Positions 26,365 to 38,806 of a DNA stretch of 64,000 bases are shown here, in pieces. Source of the DNA: Octopus bimaculoides (taxonomy: Eukaryota); the NCBI RefSeq assembly GCF_001194135.2, contig NC_068988.1:20644609-20708608 (forward strand). Direction: 5' to 3'. Every line of letters starts with the position of its first letter. Position 1 is the first letter of the stretch. Position numbers and translations under genes: made by a program. The notes beneath the pieces are model-generated. The model was not told where the DNA came from and did no database searches. It saw only the letters and a program-made list of their open reading frames with translations.

Positions 26365-26542
26365 CGATGGATATAGTTTTTGGCTTCTAGATATGCCATT
26401 CCTGACGAAATTTGTGTCGCCATATACATAAGAACTGTTGGTCCAATATCTTCCCTGTTACTACCTCGTAGATAGTCTAGTAAGTTGCCATGGGTCATAA
26501 ATTCAGTAATGATATAAAACGGTGGTTCCCTCGTACACACAC
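26365..26542 (-). CDS. Abl: Abl exon: gatekeeper and hinge ([26 protein letters not shown]...[11 protein letters not shown])
   Basis: 178 nt; acceptor ...acaaCAG, donor GTAAGT; phase 1 to 2. Lies within ORF 26361-26687. Confidence 0.97.
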
Positions 26543-26853
26543 CTGTTGTTAAAAAAGAGATCACAAATAATTGGGAGCCATTAGAAATACAGAAACAATT
26601 TGAAGGTGCAGGCATTAACAATATCAAAAAACAAAGGCAGTAAAGATAAGAGAACATAAAGGATTTCCTTAAACAATTGTTTGTCATAACAAATGTAAAA
26701 CATGTAAAAGATAAAAGATCTTATATTAATGGGTTACGAAAACAGGCCATAGAGAACAACCTCTGATTTTGATCAAATGATGTAATGATATTGAAAGACA
26801 TGGAAATGTCTGTGAAAAGGTAGAAGACAAAGATTCACTCTTGTAGCTTGAAG

Positions 26854-27118
26854 GTTGTTGGCACTCCGTTGCTTACGACGTCGAGGGTTCCAGTTGATCT
26901 GATCAACGGAACAGCCTGTTCATGAAATTAACGTGCAAGTGGCTGAGCACTCCACAGACACATGTACCCTTAACGTAGTTCTTGGGGGATATTCAGCGTA
27001 ACACAGTGTGACAAGGCTGACCCTTTGAATTACAGGTACAACAGAAACAGGAAGTAAGAGTGAGAGAAAGTTGTGGTGAAAGAGTACAGCAGGGTTCGCC
27101 ACCATCCCCTGCCGGAGC
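26854..27118 (-). mobile_element. SINE family A; head runs into an N-gap
   Basis: Near-identical to the other family A copies up to the gap at 27119. Confidence 0.88.
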
Positions 27119-28419
27119 NNNNNNNNNNNNNNNNNNNNNNNNNNNNNNNNNNNNNNNNNNNNNNNNNNNNNNNNNNNNNNNNNNNNNNNNNNNNNNNNNN
27201 NNNNNNNNNNNNNNNNNNNNNNNNNNNNNNNNNNNNNNNNNNNNNNNNNNNNNNNNNNNNNNNNNNNNNNNNNNNNNNNNNNNNNNNNNNNNNNNNNNNN
27301 NNNNNNNNNNNNNNNNNNNNNNNNNNNNNNNNNNNNNNNNNNNNNNNNNNNNNNNNNNNNNNNNNNNNNNNNNNNNNNNNNNNNNNNNNNNNNNNNNNNN
27401 NNNNNNNNNNNNNNNNNNNNNNNNNNNNNNNNNNNNNNNNNNNNNNNNNNNNNNNNNNNNNNNNNNNNNNNNNNNNNNNNNNNNNNNNNNNNNNNNNNNN
27501 NNNNNNNNNNNNNNNNNNNNNNNNNNNNNNNNNNNNNNNNNNNNNNNNNNNNNNNNNNNNNNNNNNNNNNNNNNNNNNNNNNNNNNNNNNNNNNNNNNNN
27601 NNNNNNNNNNNNNNNNNNNNNNNNNNNNNNNNNNNNNNNNNNNNNNNNNNNNNNNNNNNNNNNNNNNNNNNNNNNNNNNNNNNNNNNNNNNNNNNNNNNN
27701 NNNNNNNCACTGCACACATCCTACGCAAAACACTTTCAATACAGTAACCATAAGAGCACCACAGCAAACCACAGCACATACCCAAGACACACAGAGCTGC
27801 GCTCGGTAGTAAAGTGAAAGCACATTATAAAAATAAAACTACTGAATAATAATAATAATAATTGAATCTTGGATGCAACACAAATAAAGCAAAACCAAAA
27901 CATAATGATAATAATGGTCCCTAATTTAGGCACAAGTTCCAACAGTTTTTGGGGCAGGAGGCCAGTTGATACCATTGACCCTAGTATACACACACACACA
28001 TAACATAGAAATCCAAGCGGTAGACAAGAATATCTTAGCAAGGTCTGCTGACATGCAGGTTTTGTCATATTTGCAGTAGGATGGTACTTGTTCTTGTTAT
28101 TTAACACCAGGCTCACTCTAAGCAAACAGACCTATCAACTTTCTGTCTATTAGGGATTACATTACACACGTCATATCCTTCTTTATTTAAGATGTTAGTT
28201 AGGGTGAGATCTGAAGGGTATCGAGATTGCTATTTCTAGCAAGTTCAGCAACTGCATAGAGACCCTCTCTCTCTCGTTAGTTTGGTACCTATTAATTAAC
28301 AATGCAGCTCATCAACGAAGCAGCCCACTTCCATCCCAGCATGCAGGTGAATAACTATGATAGCACTGCAGACAAAGATGACACGGAGTTGTGAGATTAG
28401 CAATCAAAGAACGAAAAAA

Positions 28420-28458
<39 letters not shown>

Positions 28459-28659
28459 TAATAATAAAAACTCTCTGGAAAAGATTTCTAAGTAAGAACA
28501 AACTACTTGTCAAGAAAAACAGCTGTGGAGATGGGAGAGATGAAAAGAGACGAAAGGGAAGGGCAGTAGGAGAACAGTACCCCCTAACTTTCTATACAAA
28601 CATAGCCAGTGTCGTCGTCGTCGTCATCGTCATCGTCGTCGTCGTCGTCATCGTCATCG

Positions 28660-28695
<36 letters not shown>

Positions 28696-28964
28696 CCCGT
28701 CATTATATCACTCCTTAAGGTTCCAATGAAATTAATCTAGGAGGAACCTATTACAGNNNNNNNNNNNNNNNNNNNNNNNNNNNNNNNNNNNNNNNNNNNN
28801 NNNNNNNNNNNNNNNNNNNNNNNNNNNNNNNNNNNNNNNNNNNNNNNNNNNNNNNNNNNNNNNNNNNNNNNNNNNNNNNNNNNNNNNNNNNNNNNNNNNN
28901 NNNNNNNNNNNNNNNNNNNNNNNNNNNNNNNNNNNNNNNNNNNNNNNNNNNNNNNNNNNNNNNN

Positions 28965-28998
<34 letters not shown>

Positions 28999-29269
28999 AT
29001 CACTCCTTAAGGTTCCAATGAAATTAATCTAGGAGGAACCTATTACAGACGCTAACTTCCTGCATATGGTTTTAAAAGACAAGACAGAAATATAGAGATA
29101 TTGAAGGAAAAACAAAAACCTAGCAGCGCAAAGAGGACGAGATTCACTTGAATAATCCCTTATGCAATGACAGAACAATATACAACTAGTACTGCAAAGA
29201 AATCATCACCATCATCATCATCATCATTTAACATCCGTTTTCCATGCTAGCATGGGTTGGACCATAGTA

Positions 29270-29470
29270 GTTGAAGCACTAGTCCTGTGGTAACGATGCG
29301 CTTGGCACAATGTCGAAACTGCTACCTAAGAGACTGAAGGATGTTGGGATTGAGACTTGCATCGTCAGCTTACAGAAAAGAGCAATCCTGTATCCTGCAA
29401 GAATCCTAAGAAAGACCCTTGAGATTTGAGGAGACATGTCATCACCAAGACTCAAGACTGCTAATAATAA
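29270..29470 (+). mobile_element. 3' end of an R4/Dong-type (restriction-like endonuclease) LINE
   Basis: PVV..ALGTMSKLLPKRLKDVGIETCIVSLQKRAILYPARILRKTLEI-stop (TGA 29427-29429), a short UTR, then (TAA)n. Confidence 0.75.
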
Positions 29471-29496
29471 TAGCATGTAATAGTTGTTGCTGTTGC

Positions 29497-29543
<47 letters not shown>

Positions 29544-29625
29544 CAACAATAATAATAATAACAACAATATATTATTATTATTACTATTATTATTATCATT
29601 ATTATTATTGGTGGTGGTGGTGGTG

Positions 29626-29661
<36 letters not shown>

Positions 29662-29941
29662 GTATCATTATTGAGTGAGAGAGCAGAGCACATGCCATCA
29701 AAGTGACAGAGGGGTACAAATATACGAAGACCAATATATCTATCCTAACTACCCGACCGATAAGGGTACACCAAGCACGTGCATCACAACCAGAATATTT
29801 GCTGTAACCCAATTTTCACACCAAGACGAAATATGTACATGTTAAACACTTCCTATCAGTTAAGAGCAGAAGCCACGAGAGCCACTGCCTGGTACTGCAT
29901 CGGGGCATTTAGTTATTATATTATAATTATTATATGAAATG

Positions 29942-30328
29942 TGGAGGCGCAATGGCCCAGTGGTTAGGGCAGCGGACTCGCGGTCATAGGATCACGGTTT
30001 CGATTCCCAGACCGGGCGTTGTGAGTGTTTATTGAACGAAAACACCTAAAGCTCCACGAGGCTCCGGCAGGGGATGGTGGCGAGCCCTACTGTACTCTTT
30101 CACCACAACTTTCTCTCACTCTTATTTCCTGTTTCTGTTGTGCCTGTAATTCAAAGGGTCAGCCTTGTCACATTGTGTCACGCTGAATATCCCTGAGAAC
30201 TACGTTATGGGTACACATGTCTGTGGAGTGCTCAGCCACTTGCATGTTAATTTCACGAGCAGGTTGTTCCGTTGATAGGATCAACTGGAACCCTCGACGT
30301 CGTAAGCGACGGAGTGCCAACAACAACA
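29942..30328 (+). mobile_element. SINE family A, full length; the only plus-strand copy
   Basis: Head GGAGGCGCAATGGCCCAGTGGTTAGGGCAGCGGACTCGCGGTCATAGGATCACGGTTTCGATTCCC with A and B boxes and a tRNA-Arg-like look. (CAA)n tail; 13-bp TSD attatatgaaatg at 29929-29941 and 30329-30341. Confidence 0.93.
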
Positions 30329-31451
30329 ATTATATGAAATGAATCCAATGTCAACTTTGCCTTTGATCCTTTCGGGGACCGATAAATTAAGTACCGATGA
30401 AACACTGGGGTTGCGGTAATTGACTAGACCCCTCCCCCAAAATTTCAGGCCTTGTGCCTTTAGTAGAAGGGATTATTATAATTATCATTATTACTAAGGC
30501 AGCAGGTTGGAAGAGTCATTAGCACACCAAGCGAAATGCTTAGCAGTATTTCACCAGTCTCGGTGGTATTTTGTCTCTCTTTACATTCTGAGTTCAAATA
30601 CCTCTGAGATCAACTTCATTTTTCAGCCTTACAGGGTCAATAAAATATTCAGTACAATATTAACCCAGGGCGTCAATATAATTCAACTTGCTGCACTCCT
30701 AAAATTGCTGGCCTTATGCCAAAATTTGTAGCAATTATTATCAGTATTATTATTTCCATCTACTAAATGCGCTTGCAAGGCTTTGAACAGCTCAGGGATA
30801 CAGAAGACACTTGCCTAACGTGCCACATAATGGGACTGAACCCAGAACCAGGTGGTTGAGAAACAAGCTTCTTACCACACAGCCATGCCTGATGATAATT
30901 TTAAATGTAATTCTTTTACTGATTTCATTGTTGTTTTTTCTTTGACCCAAAGCCAGAAAATAAAATGATTTTCAGTAAACAACACTGAACATGTACATCA
31001 ATAACACTTATGTACAATTTCCACAATATTGACTTCACAATTCAGGACACACATTGGTGAAGTTCAAAGGTCACTTTCAGGATATGTGAACTTTCCCAAT
31101 GTATTTATATAGCAATTATAATAAATCTAACTAATTTTTTTTTTATATATTTCCATGCATCGTAATACTGAAGAAAAGTCAGGACATATTACAAGATATT
31201 TTTTCCAGACATAACCTGTAGCTCAGTCTGCATATAATACACAAGTGGGTATTATACAGAAGTAGATACGGTAATTGCATTCTCTTATGTTCAAATGCTG
31301 TCTGTAAGTTTAAAAAAGAAATAAGTACCAGAGATTGTACTGGGTCATTTATGACATCAAAAATTTGAGTACAGTACTAATTTAAGAAAGTTCATCATCA
31401 TCATGATTATTATTGTTGTTGTTGCTGTTGTTAAGGCTGTTGCTGTTGTCT

Positions 31452-31667
31452 GAGCTGGCAGAAACATTAGCACACCAGGCAAAATGCTTAGCAGTATTTT
31501 GTCTGTCTGTACGTTCTGAGTTCAAATTTCACCGAGGTCGACTTTGCTTTTCATCCTTTCAGGGTTGATAAATTAAGTACCAGTTGCATATTGGGGTCGA
31601 TCTAATCTACTGGCCCCCTCCCCCAAAAGTTTGGGCCTTGTGCCTACAGCAGAAAAGATTATTATTA

Positions 31668-31690
<23 letters not shown>
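31452..31690 (+). mobile_element. SINE family C with a (TTA)n tail; more degenerate copies at about 30345-30730 and 33228-33370
   Basis: Colinear with the family C unit. Confidence 0.8.
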
Positions 31691-31707
<17 letters not shown>

Positions 31708-32914
31708 GGTTGTGAATTGACAGACACAGCAAAGAACTGAACAAAACGCTTTGCAGTATTTAGTTATGTCCCTTTACATGTGTTCACATCACACCCAGTC
31801 TTTTGCCGTTAATCTACCCGGAGTCAGTAAATAAGTACAAGTAGAGAGACAACTAATTTGATTATATCTCTCTGCAAGTTGATAGAATAAGTACCAGTTA
31901 AATACTGGGGACAGAAGTGGAGGCTGATATTATCAAATACATATATTTCTCTCTCGCAATATTCATGGCTTTGTGCAGTTGCTAGAAATCATTATCATTA
32001 CCATCATTATTATTATTAATTACTACCATTATTGTTATTATCGTCTCTTATTAATTACTTAATTACTATCATTAAAATTAATTAAAGCAATAGTAGAGTG
32101 AGAGATGATATCAGAAGCAGAAATGCAGTACAGTTTTATCAGAATTTCGAAAATGGTAACAAAAGCAAAATAAAAAAACTAATCCAAAAACAGAAACAAA
32201 AAAAAAAAGAACAGACTACCCTCATCTCCAACATTATGTCAAGGAGACCTGGAAGCAGAAGATAGATTCTAAAAGATGCTGGGAACGGGAAAGAAACTGT
32301 CTATATAGTCTAGCACAATTAACTGACTTGACATGTCTGAGTTGTGTGGTACACAATGCTATGCTACCTGCAAGATGAATGGTTTTCTACAATAGCTCCA
32401 TTGAAAAATGCAATTCTCTTAAATCACACGTGTGTGTGAGTGTTTGTGTGTGAAACAGAGTAGATCAGAGAGGAAATAAAACATTTAATCATCCGTTAGC
32501 ATGGAAACTGATGTTACACATATTTGAATAAATTGAACTGAACGCATTGATGAGAAAAAAAAAAAGAGAAATACTACAGCAAGCATTGAGATGTCGGTTA
32601 ATCATTGTATTCAGTGGAGTTACTATCAACGGTTATTAAAGATGTAGCAGAAAGGTACTGTGGTGAGAAAGTACATATTAAACTGACTATATTTAGCAGT
32701 TATTACTTGGGGGAGGAGGGGGGAATGTCACAAGCTACAATGGTGAGAGTATACAGGCAAAACCAGCCCCGTTTAGCAGTTCCCTGGCATACAAATATAA
32801 CCAAGGATTATTAGAGATGCAATGAAAATAAGGGGCAGACAGAATACAGTAGGATGGCAGAAGTTACAAAGCAAGAAAGAAATAAGAGGCTATACCTATA
32901 TCAAACCTCACATC

Positions 32915-33170
32915 ATTATTATTATTGTTATTATTATTATTATTTCATATATGCACAACAGATTAAACTGTTGTAAAAGAAAAATTCCTAATATTAGGCT
33001 ACAACAAGTAATGTCAGATGCCAAAAAACTTCCAAAGAATCCTAGCTTTCCCTAATAACACTGTTTTTTGAAGCTGCACTAAACTAAGTTTTATGCTTAT
33101 TTCCTCTATCCATCTGTTCAAATCTTTAGGGATAGTTCCTAATGCACCTATAACTACAGGGACATTGGTG
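32915..33170 (-). mobile_element. 3' end of a second R4/Dong-type LINE
   Basis: VPVVIGALGTIPKDLNRWIEEISIKLSLVQLQKTVLLG, then a frameshift, ARIL... and TGA at 33016-33014; (TAA)n tail at about 32915-32945. Confidence 0.78.
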
Positions 33171-33371
33171 TTGCCTTGGCAGAGGTTTGCGCTCTCTGAC
33201 TGCTCTTGTTATTATTATAATTAAGAACCGTTAGCATGCCAGACAAAATGCTTAGAGGCATTTCTTCCGGCTTCATATTCTAAGTTCAAATTTCACCAAG
33301 GTGAATGAAATAAGTCCCAGTTGAGCATTGGAGTTGATATAATCAACTAGCTCCCTCCCCACTGAAATTTC

Positions 33372-33648
33372 AGATGTAGTGCCCCTGGCTCCTGTGCAGG
33401 TGGCAAGTAAAATACACCATTTTGAGCGTGGCCGTTGCCGGCGACTGGCCTTCGTGCTGGTGGCATGTAAAAGCACCCACTACACTCTTGGAGTGGTTGG
33501 TGTTAGGAAGGGAATCCAGCTGTAGAAACTCTGCCAAATCAGATTGGAGCCTGGTGTAGCCATCTGGTTTCACCAGCCCTCAGTCAAATCGTCCAACCTA
33601 TGTTAGCATGGAAAGCGGACGTTAAACGACAATGATGATGATGATGAG
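33372..33648 (+). mobile_element. Retroposon family D with a (GAT)n tail, RTE-like 3' end
   Basis: ggtggca.gtaaaagcaccca...ggttgg.gttaggaaggg.atccagctgtagaaac...gcatggaaagcggacgttaaacga(tga)n. Further copies at about 34600-34820, 50800-51003, 54160-54372 (-) and 58150-58355. Confidence 0.8.
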
Positions 33649-33939
33649 GGCTTGTAGTAGAAAAGATCATTAAAGTCTGAACCAGATTAATAACATTAAC
33701 CTCGAAACACAGCATCACTATTGCATCAACAATACCAATAACAACAAACCAACAAAGGAGCCTCTATGCTAGAAATAGCAAATAAATATCCCTCAAATCA
33801 CACTCTAAAAAAGGATGCATTGGATAATGTAATCCTAGATACAGTATGCCTGAAAAAAAAAAAAAAAAAAGATAAGATTGTATTGATGGAATAACTTTGA
33901 TCAAAGATCTACCTGATCAGGGCTGACTTAGATCTAAAC

Positions 33940-34170
33940 CAGTGGTTCTCAACCATTTTTTGCTTATAGACCCCTTTGCTTCCTATCTTAAACTCAGATG
34001 GACACCCATAGCCATTCAATATTTTGGTAATTAAATATTATTAGGAATTGTGCAAAATAAAATATTTTATGTATCGTAGAAGTCTAACAAATTTATTACA
34101 CATAAATTCTAACAACAAAATCTTATATGGACACCCAGAGGGCCATATGGACCCTGGTTGAGGACCACTG
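33940..34170. mobile_element. hAT (Charlie-like) MITE; a partial copy lies at about 19228-19300
   Basis: TIRs CAGTGGTTCTCAACC / GGTTGAGGACCACTG. 8-bp TSD atctaaac (33932-33939) / atcaaaac (34171-34178). Confidence 0.85.
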
Positions 34171-34219
34171 ATCAAAACAATGACATCAACAAAGAATAAT
34201 ATGAAGACTGCTTAGTTAC

Positions 34220-34304
34220 CTAATAATTGGACTAAATTTGGATGCTTCATTTCTTTCATGATGGCAGCTTCTTCAAGAAAGTCTTTTAAAGCCATGGTAT
34301 CTTC
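34220..34304 (-). CDS. Abl: Abl exon: alphaC helix ([29 protein letters not shown])
   Basis: 85 nt; acceptor ttgttttgtgttgTAG, donor GTAACT; phase 0 to 1. Read by hand. Confidence 0.97.
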
Positions 34305-34911
34305 CTACAACACAAAACAAACATGAAACAGAATATTAAAATCAAATTCTCACAAATCTTGTTTCATAATAAATTTCTCGGGCAAAAACACTGAAAATTT
34401 CAAAGACTGTTTGCATTACAAGTCCACTTTTGAATTATTTTTTTTTAAAGTTACATATAATGTGGGGTAGCCATGTATCTGCTCTATAGTATAACATCTG
34501 TGTTTGTCCCTCTGGACTCTCAATGCCTGACATAAAGCCATCACCACTGTTAAATATTAGGCCTTCCCCTTAAACAAGGGAGCTTTTACCTGTTCATTTT
34601 CCGTCTTGCAAGTTACTTGGTAACCTCACTGGTGTCCGAGGCATGAAAAAAAGCACCCTGTACATACTATAAAGGAGTTGGAGTTAGGAAGGGCATCCAG
34701 CCATAGAAATTATCTCAAAGCTGACATTGGAGTTTGACACAGCACTGCAGCTTGCATGATCCTGTCACACCACCCCACCAATGCCAGCATGAAAAATGGA
34801 TGCTAAATGATGATGATGATCACGGGAGCTGTACTTGTTTAGCAAATGATTTAATTTGAGGTCATGTGACGAAGCTAAAACAACTACATTTTGAAAGAGT
34901 CATCACAGTTA

Positions 34912-35126
34912 TACTCTTACTCTTTTACTTGTTTCAGTCATTTGACTGTGGCCATGCTGGAGCACCGCCTTTAGTCGAGCAAATCGACCCCAGGACTTAT
35001 TCCTTGTAAGCCTAGTACTTATTCTATCGGTCTCTTTTGCCGAACCGCTAAGTTACGGGGACGTAAGCACACCAGCATCGGTTGTCAAGCAACGTTGGGG
35101 GGACAAACACAGACACACAAACATAT

Positions 35127-35180
<54 letters not shown>

Positions 35181-35345
35181 GACGGGCTTCTTTCAGTTTC
35201 CGTCTACCAAATCCACTCACAAGGCTTTGGTTGGCTCAAGGCTATAGTAAAAGACACTTGCCCAAGATGCCACACAGTGGGACTGAACCCGGAACTATGT
35301 GGTTTGTAAGCAAGCTACTTACCACACAGCCACTCCTACGCCTAT
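34912..35345 (-). mobile_element. SINE family B, full length
   Basis: Colinear with the other B copies over about 430 bp. Confidence 0.92.
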
Positions 35346-35683
35346 GCAAAGGACACATATATCACTATGTAACTAGTTACCTGATTGGTAATTGCCACCT
35401 AAACCAGCAACCTCATCAGGCTAGCCTGATGAGGAGTGTTACCAGAATCCCAGTAGAACAGAAACACGATTGTGTTAAAAGAATAAGTGAAGTTAGCACT
35501 GGGTCAACAAATATCAAATAATAGTACAGCAACATAAATACTCAAGAACAAGTACACAATAAGGTAAGACCAGTCTAGGAGTGATGGACTCCTCGTTCTT
35601 CTCACTCAAACTCACTGTGCATCTGCTTGGAAAATTTGTGGCTATTAGTGGCCCCTGACAAATTGGTATGGAGCCAACAGCCA

Positions 35684-35951
35684 CATCATCATGATCGTTT
35701 AACATCCGCTTTTCATGCTGGCATGGGTTGGACGATTTGACTGAGGACTGGCAAACCAGAAGGCTGCACCAGGCTCCCATCTGATCTGGCAGAGTTTCTA
35801 CAGCTGGATGCCCTTCCTAACGCCAACCACTCCGAGAGTGTAGTGGGTGCTTTTATGTGCCACCGGCATGAAGGTCAGTCAGGCGGTACTGGCAACGGCC
35901 ATGCTCAAAAAGGTGTTTTTTACGTGCCACCTGCACGGGAGCCAGTCCAGC
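35684..35951 (-). mobile_element. Retroposon family D
   Basis: Reverse complement of the 33372-33648 copy. Confidence 0.8.
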
Positions 35952-37190
35952 GTGATTGATTCTTCCATTTTAAAAATATCTCGGTAGTTAGAATATGTAA
36001 TTTGACAAGATCAGGATCTCTAACATCAAAACCACTAGAAAAATTAATGCTGTTTAACATAGATCAAAATAGATCTACCATCTGAAGAGGCTGGCTAAAC
36101 TTGAAAATTGCAAGCCAAAACAGATATAGTATTATAATCTATGGCTTAATTAAACTTTTTGGTTCTACATCAGTAGTCTGCTATAACTGACTATTTCACA
36201 TCATTATATTAATTTTTAAAATTTTCAGATTTTCAAAACGGAAATATCAAAATGAATTTCAACGAATTTTGAAATTTGTATTTTTTTTTTTTTTAATTTG
36301 CTCTATTTTNNNNNNNNNNNNNNNNNNNNNNNNNNNNNNNNNNNNNNNNNNNNNNNNNNNNNNNNNNNNNNNNNNNNNNNNNNNNNNNNNNNNNNNNNNN
36401 NNNNNNNNNNNNNNNNNNNNNNNNNNNNNNNNNNNNNNNNNNNNNNNNNNNNNNNNNNNNNNNNNNNNNNNNNNNNNNNNNNNNNNNNNNNNNNNNNNNN
36501 NNNNNNNNNNNNNNNNNNNNNNNNNNNNNNNNNNNNNNNNNNNNNNNNNNNNNNNNNNNNNNNNNNNNNNNNNNNNNNNNNNNNNNNNNNNNNNNNNNNN
36601 NNNNNNNNNNNNNNNNNNNNNNNNNNNNNNNNNNNNNNNNNNNNNNNNNNNNNNNNNNNNNNNNNNNNNNNNNNNNNNNNNNNNNNNNNNNNNNNNNNNN
36701 NNNNNNNNNNNNNNNNNNNNNNNNNNNNNNNNNNNNNNNNNNNNNNNNNNNNNNNNNNNNNNNNNNNNNNNNNNNNNNNNNNNNNNNNNNNNNNNNNNNN
36801 NNNNNNNNNNNNNNNNNNNNNNNNNNNNNNNNNNNNNNNNNNNNNNNNNNNNNNNNNNNNNNNNNNNNNNNNNNNNNNNNNNNNNNNNNNNNNNNNNNNN
36901 NNNNNNNNNNNNNNNNNNNNNNNNNNNNNNNNNNNNNNNNNNNNNNNNNNNNNNNNNNNNNNNNNNNNNNNNNNNNNNNNNNNNNCATATCCAAAATAAA
37001 TTGAGTAAAACAATAATTAACTTTAAAATAATATAATTACGTGATTAAAGTGGCTGATTTAAAATGCCTCCTCCCTCCCTAAAAACTTCTTTTAATAGTT
37101 ATCAAGGTCATTATTAAGCTAAGTTTGTAAACCCAATTCAAGAAGCACAATGGCCCTTCTTCTTCTCTTTCTCTCTCTCTCTCTCTCTGG

Positions 37191-37231
<41 letters not shown>

Positions 37232-37884
37232 CACGTTTATATATGTGTGTATGTACCACTAGTTTCAATAATATTAATGAGGCAAGAGACAAATCTCACA
37301 ATGAATGCAAGATGTAAGCAGATTGTCCCACTTAATTCTGGTCAGACAGTGCAATGGCAGAAGTGTAACAGATTGATCTCTGGGTGTTTGCCAATAAAAT
37401 AAAACATGTTTGATATGAGTAAAGAGTTTTCAGGACACATACATTAGCAAGGATTAACCCTTTTGTCACCAACCTACTTGAATTTTCCCTCCAATTTCTC
37501 CATTATTTTTCTAAACTAATTGAAACACAGAGGTCATGAGAAAATTAATCTAAATGGAGATTTGGAGATTTGGCTGTGATATAGGCCACATAATGAATGC
37601 TTTTTGCAGCAATATCTAAGTTGTTTTCTGTTGTCTTGGGTTCAAGTCCCTCCAGGGTCGATGTGGATTGACTGTTCTCCTCTTTCAAAATATTGTGCTA
37701 GTATGAAAATCACTGTGATTATATATGTTTCCATTGAATAAAAGGTGTGATTGTCATAACTGGAACACCTTTCTTCATAGATATTGCTCAGTCAGGGCTG
37801 AGCTGGAAGTTAAACAATGACACTAACAACAGATACACATATCCACACACAATGTTTGATAACAAGTGAAATAAAAACTATACA

Positions 37885-38049
37885 TAGGCGTAGGAGTGGT
37901 TGTGTGGTAAGTAGCTTGCTTACCAACCACATGGCTCCGGGTTCAGTCCCACTGCATGGCACCTTGGGCAAGTGTCTTCTACTATAGGCTCGGGCCGACC
38001 AAAGCCTTGTGAGTGGATTTGGTAGACGGAAACTGAAGGAAGCCCGTCG

Positions 38050-38082
<33 letters not shown>

Positions 38083-38309
38083 ATNNNNNNNNNNGTGCGT
38101 GTGTGTATATGTTTGTCCCCCCAACATCGCTTGACAACCGATGCTGGTGTGTTTACGTCCCCGTAACTTAGCGGCTCGGCAAAAGAGACCGATAGAATAA
38201 GTACTAGGCTTACAAAGAATAAGTCCTGGGGGTTGATTTGTTCGACTAAAGGTGGTGCTCCAGCATGGCCACAGTCAAATAACTGAAACAAGTAAATGAG
38301 TAAATGAGT
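37885..38309 (+). mobile_element. SINE family B, full length
   Basis: Starts taggcgtaggagtgg; ends about 85 bp from the donor of the P-loop exon. Confidence 0.92.
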
Positions 38310-38394
38310 GAAAGATGTCCCAGAGTAATCAGTCCAGAATGGATTGGAGAAAATAGTTAAGACTACAGAATTTATACATAAATAATGTACTTAC

Positions 38395-38471
38395 CTTGAG
38401 AGTTTTCACAGCTACTGTTTTATTGTATGTCTTCCATACAGCTTCATAAACGTCTCCATATTGTCCTCCAC
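38395..38471 (-). CDS. Abl: Abl exon: P-loop to the beta3 lysine ([26 protein letters not shown])
   Basis: 77 nt, too short for the ORF track and read by hand. Acceptor ttctcttgttttcatcAAG, donor GTAAGT; phase 1 to 0, joining both neighbouring exons in frame. Confidence 0.97.
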
Positions 38472-38577
38472 CTTGATGAAAACAAGAGAAAAGGCTCCAA
38501 TTATAACTGCTTCCCTCTTCTTACACAATGCCCCCATTTTGGATATATGTCTCCCCGCCACTTTTTTTTATATATAT

Positions 38578-38806
38578 TTAACCCTTTAACGTTTAAACTG
38601 ACCGTATCTGACCAAAATATTTGACCAGCTTTATGTTCAAACTGGCCAGATCTGGTCTTTCACACCTATCCTACAGTGTCATTCTAAAAATAAACAATCA
38701 CATCATCGAAATCTTGAAGCTACAAGATAATTTATGATTAATTCAAAAGCAATGTGAATAAATGAGCTTCAGATTTGACAAAGTAATCCGAATACTAAAG
38801 GGTAAA
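38578..38806. mobile_element. piggyBac-like MITE copy
   Basis: ttaaccctttaac ... ctaaagggtaaa; about 105 bp upstream of the P-loop exon acceptor. Confidence 0.72.

Noticed and set aside
29690-29910. TAA-flanked unclassified segment tested as an HDV-like ribozyme of an R4-type 5' end
   Set aside because: P3/L3 length and P1/P2 pairing do not fit, and with a single copy here its family cannot be supported.
29942-30015. tRNA-like sequences at SINE heads (also 37885-37950 and others)
   Set aside because: They have A and B boxes but no complete cloverleaf or acceptor stem, and are embedded in TSD-flanked SINEs, so they are not tRNA genes.
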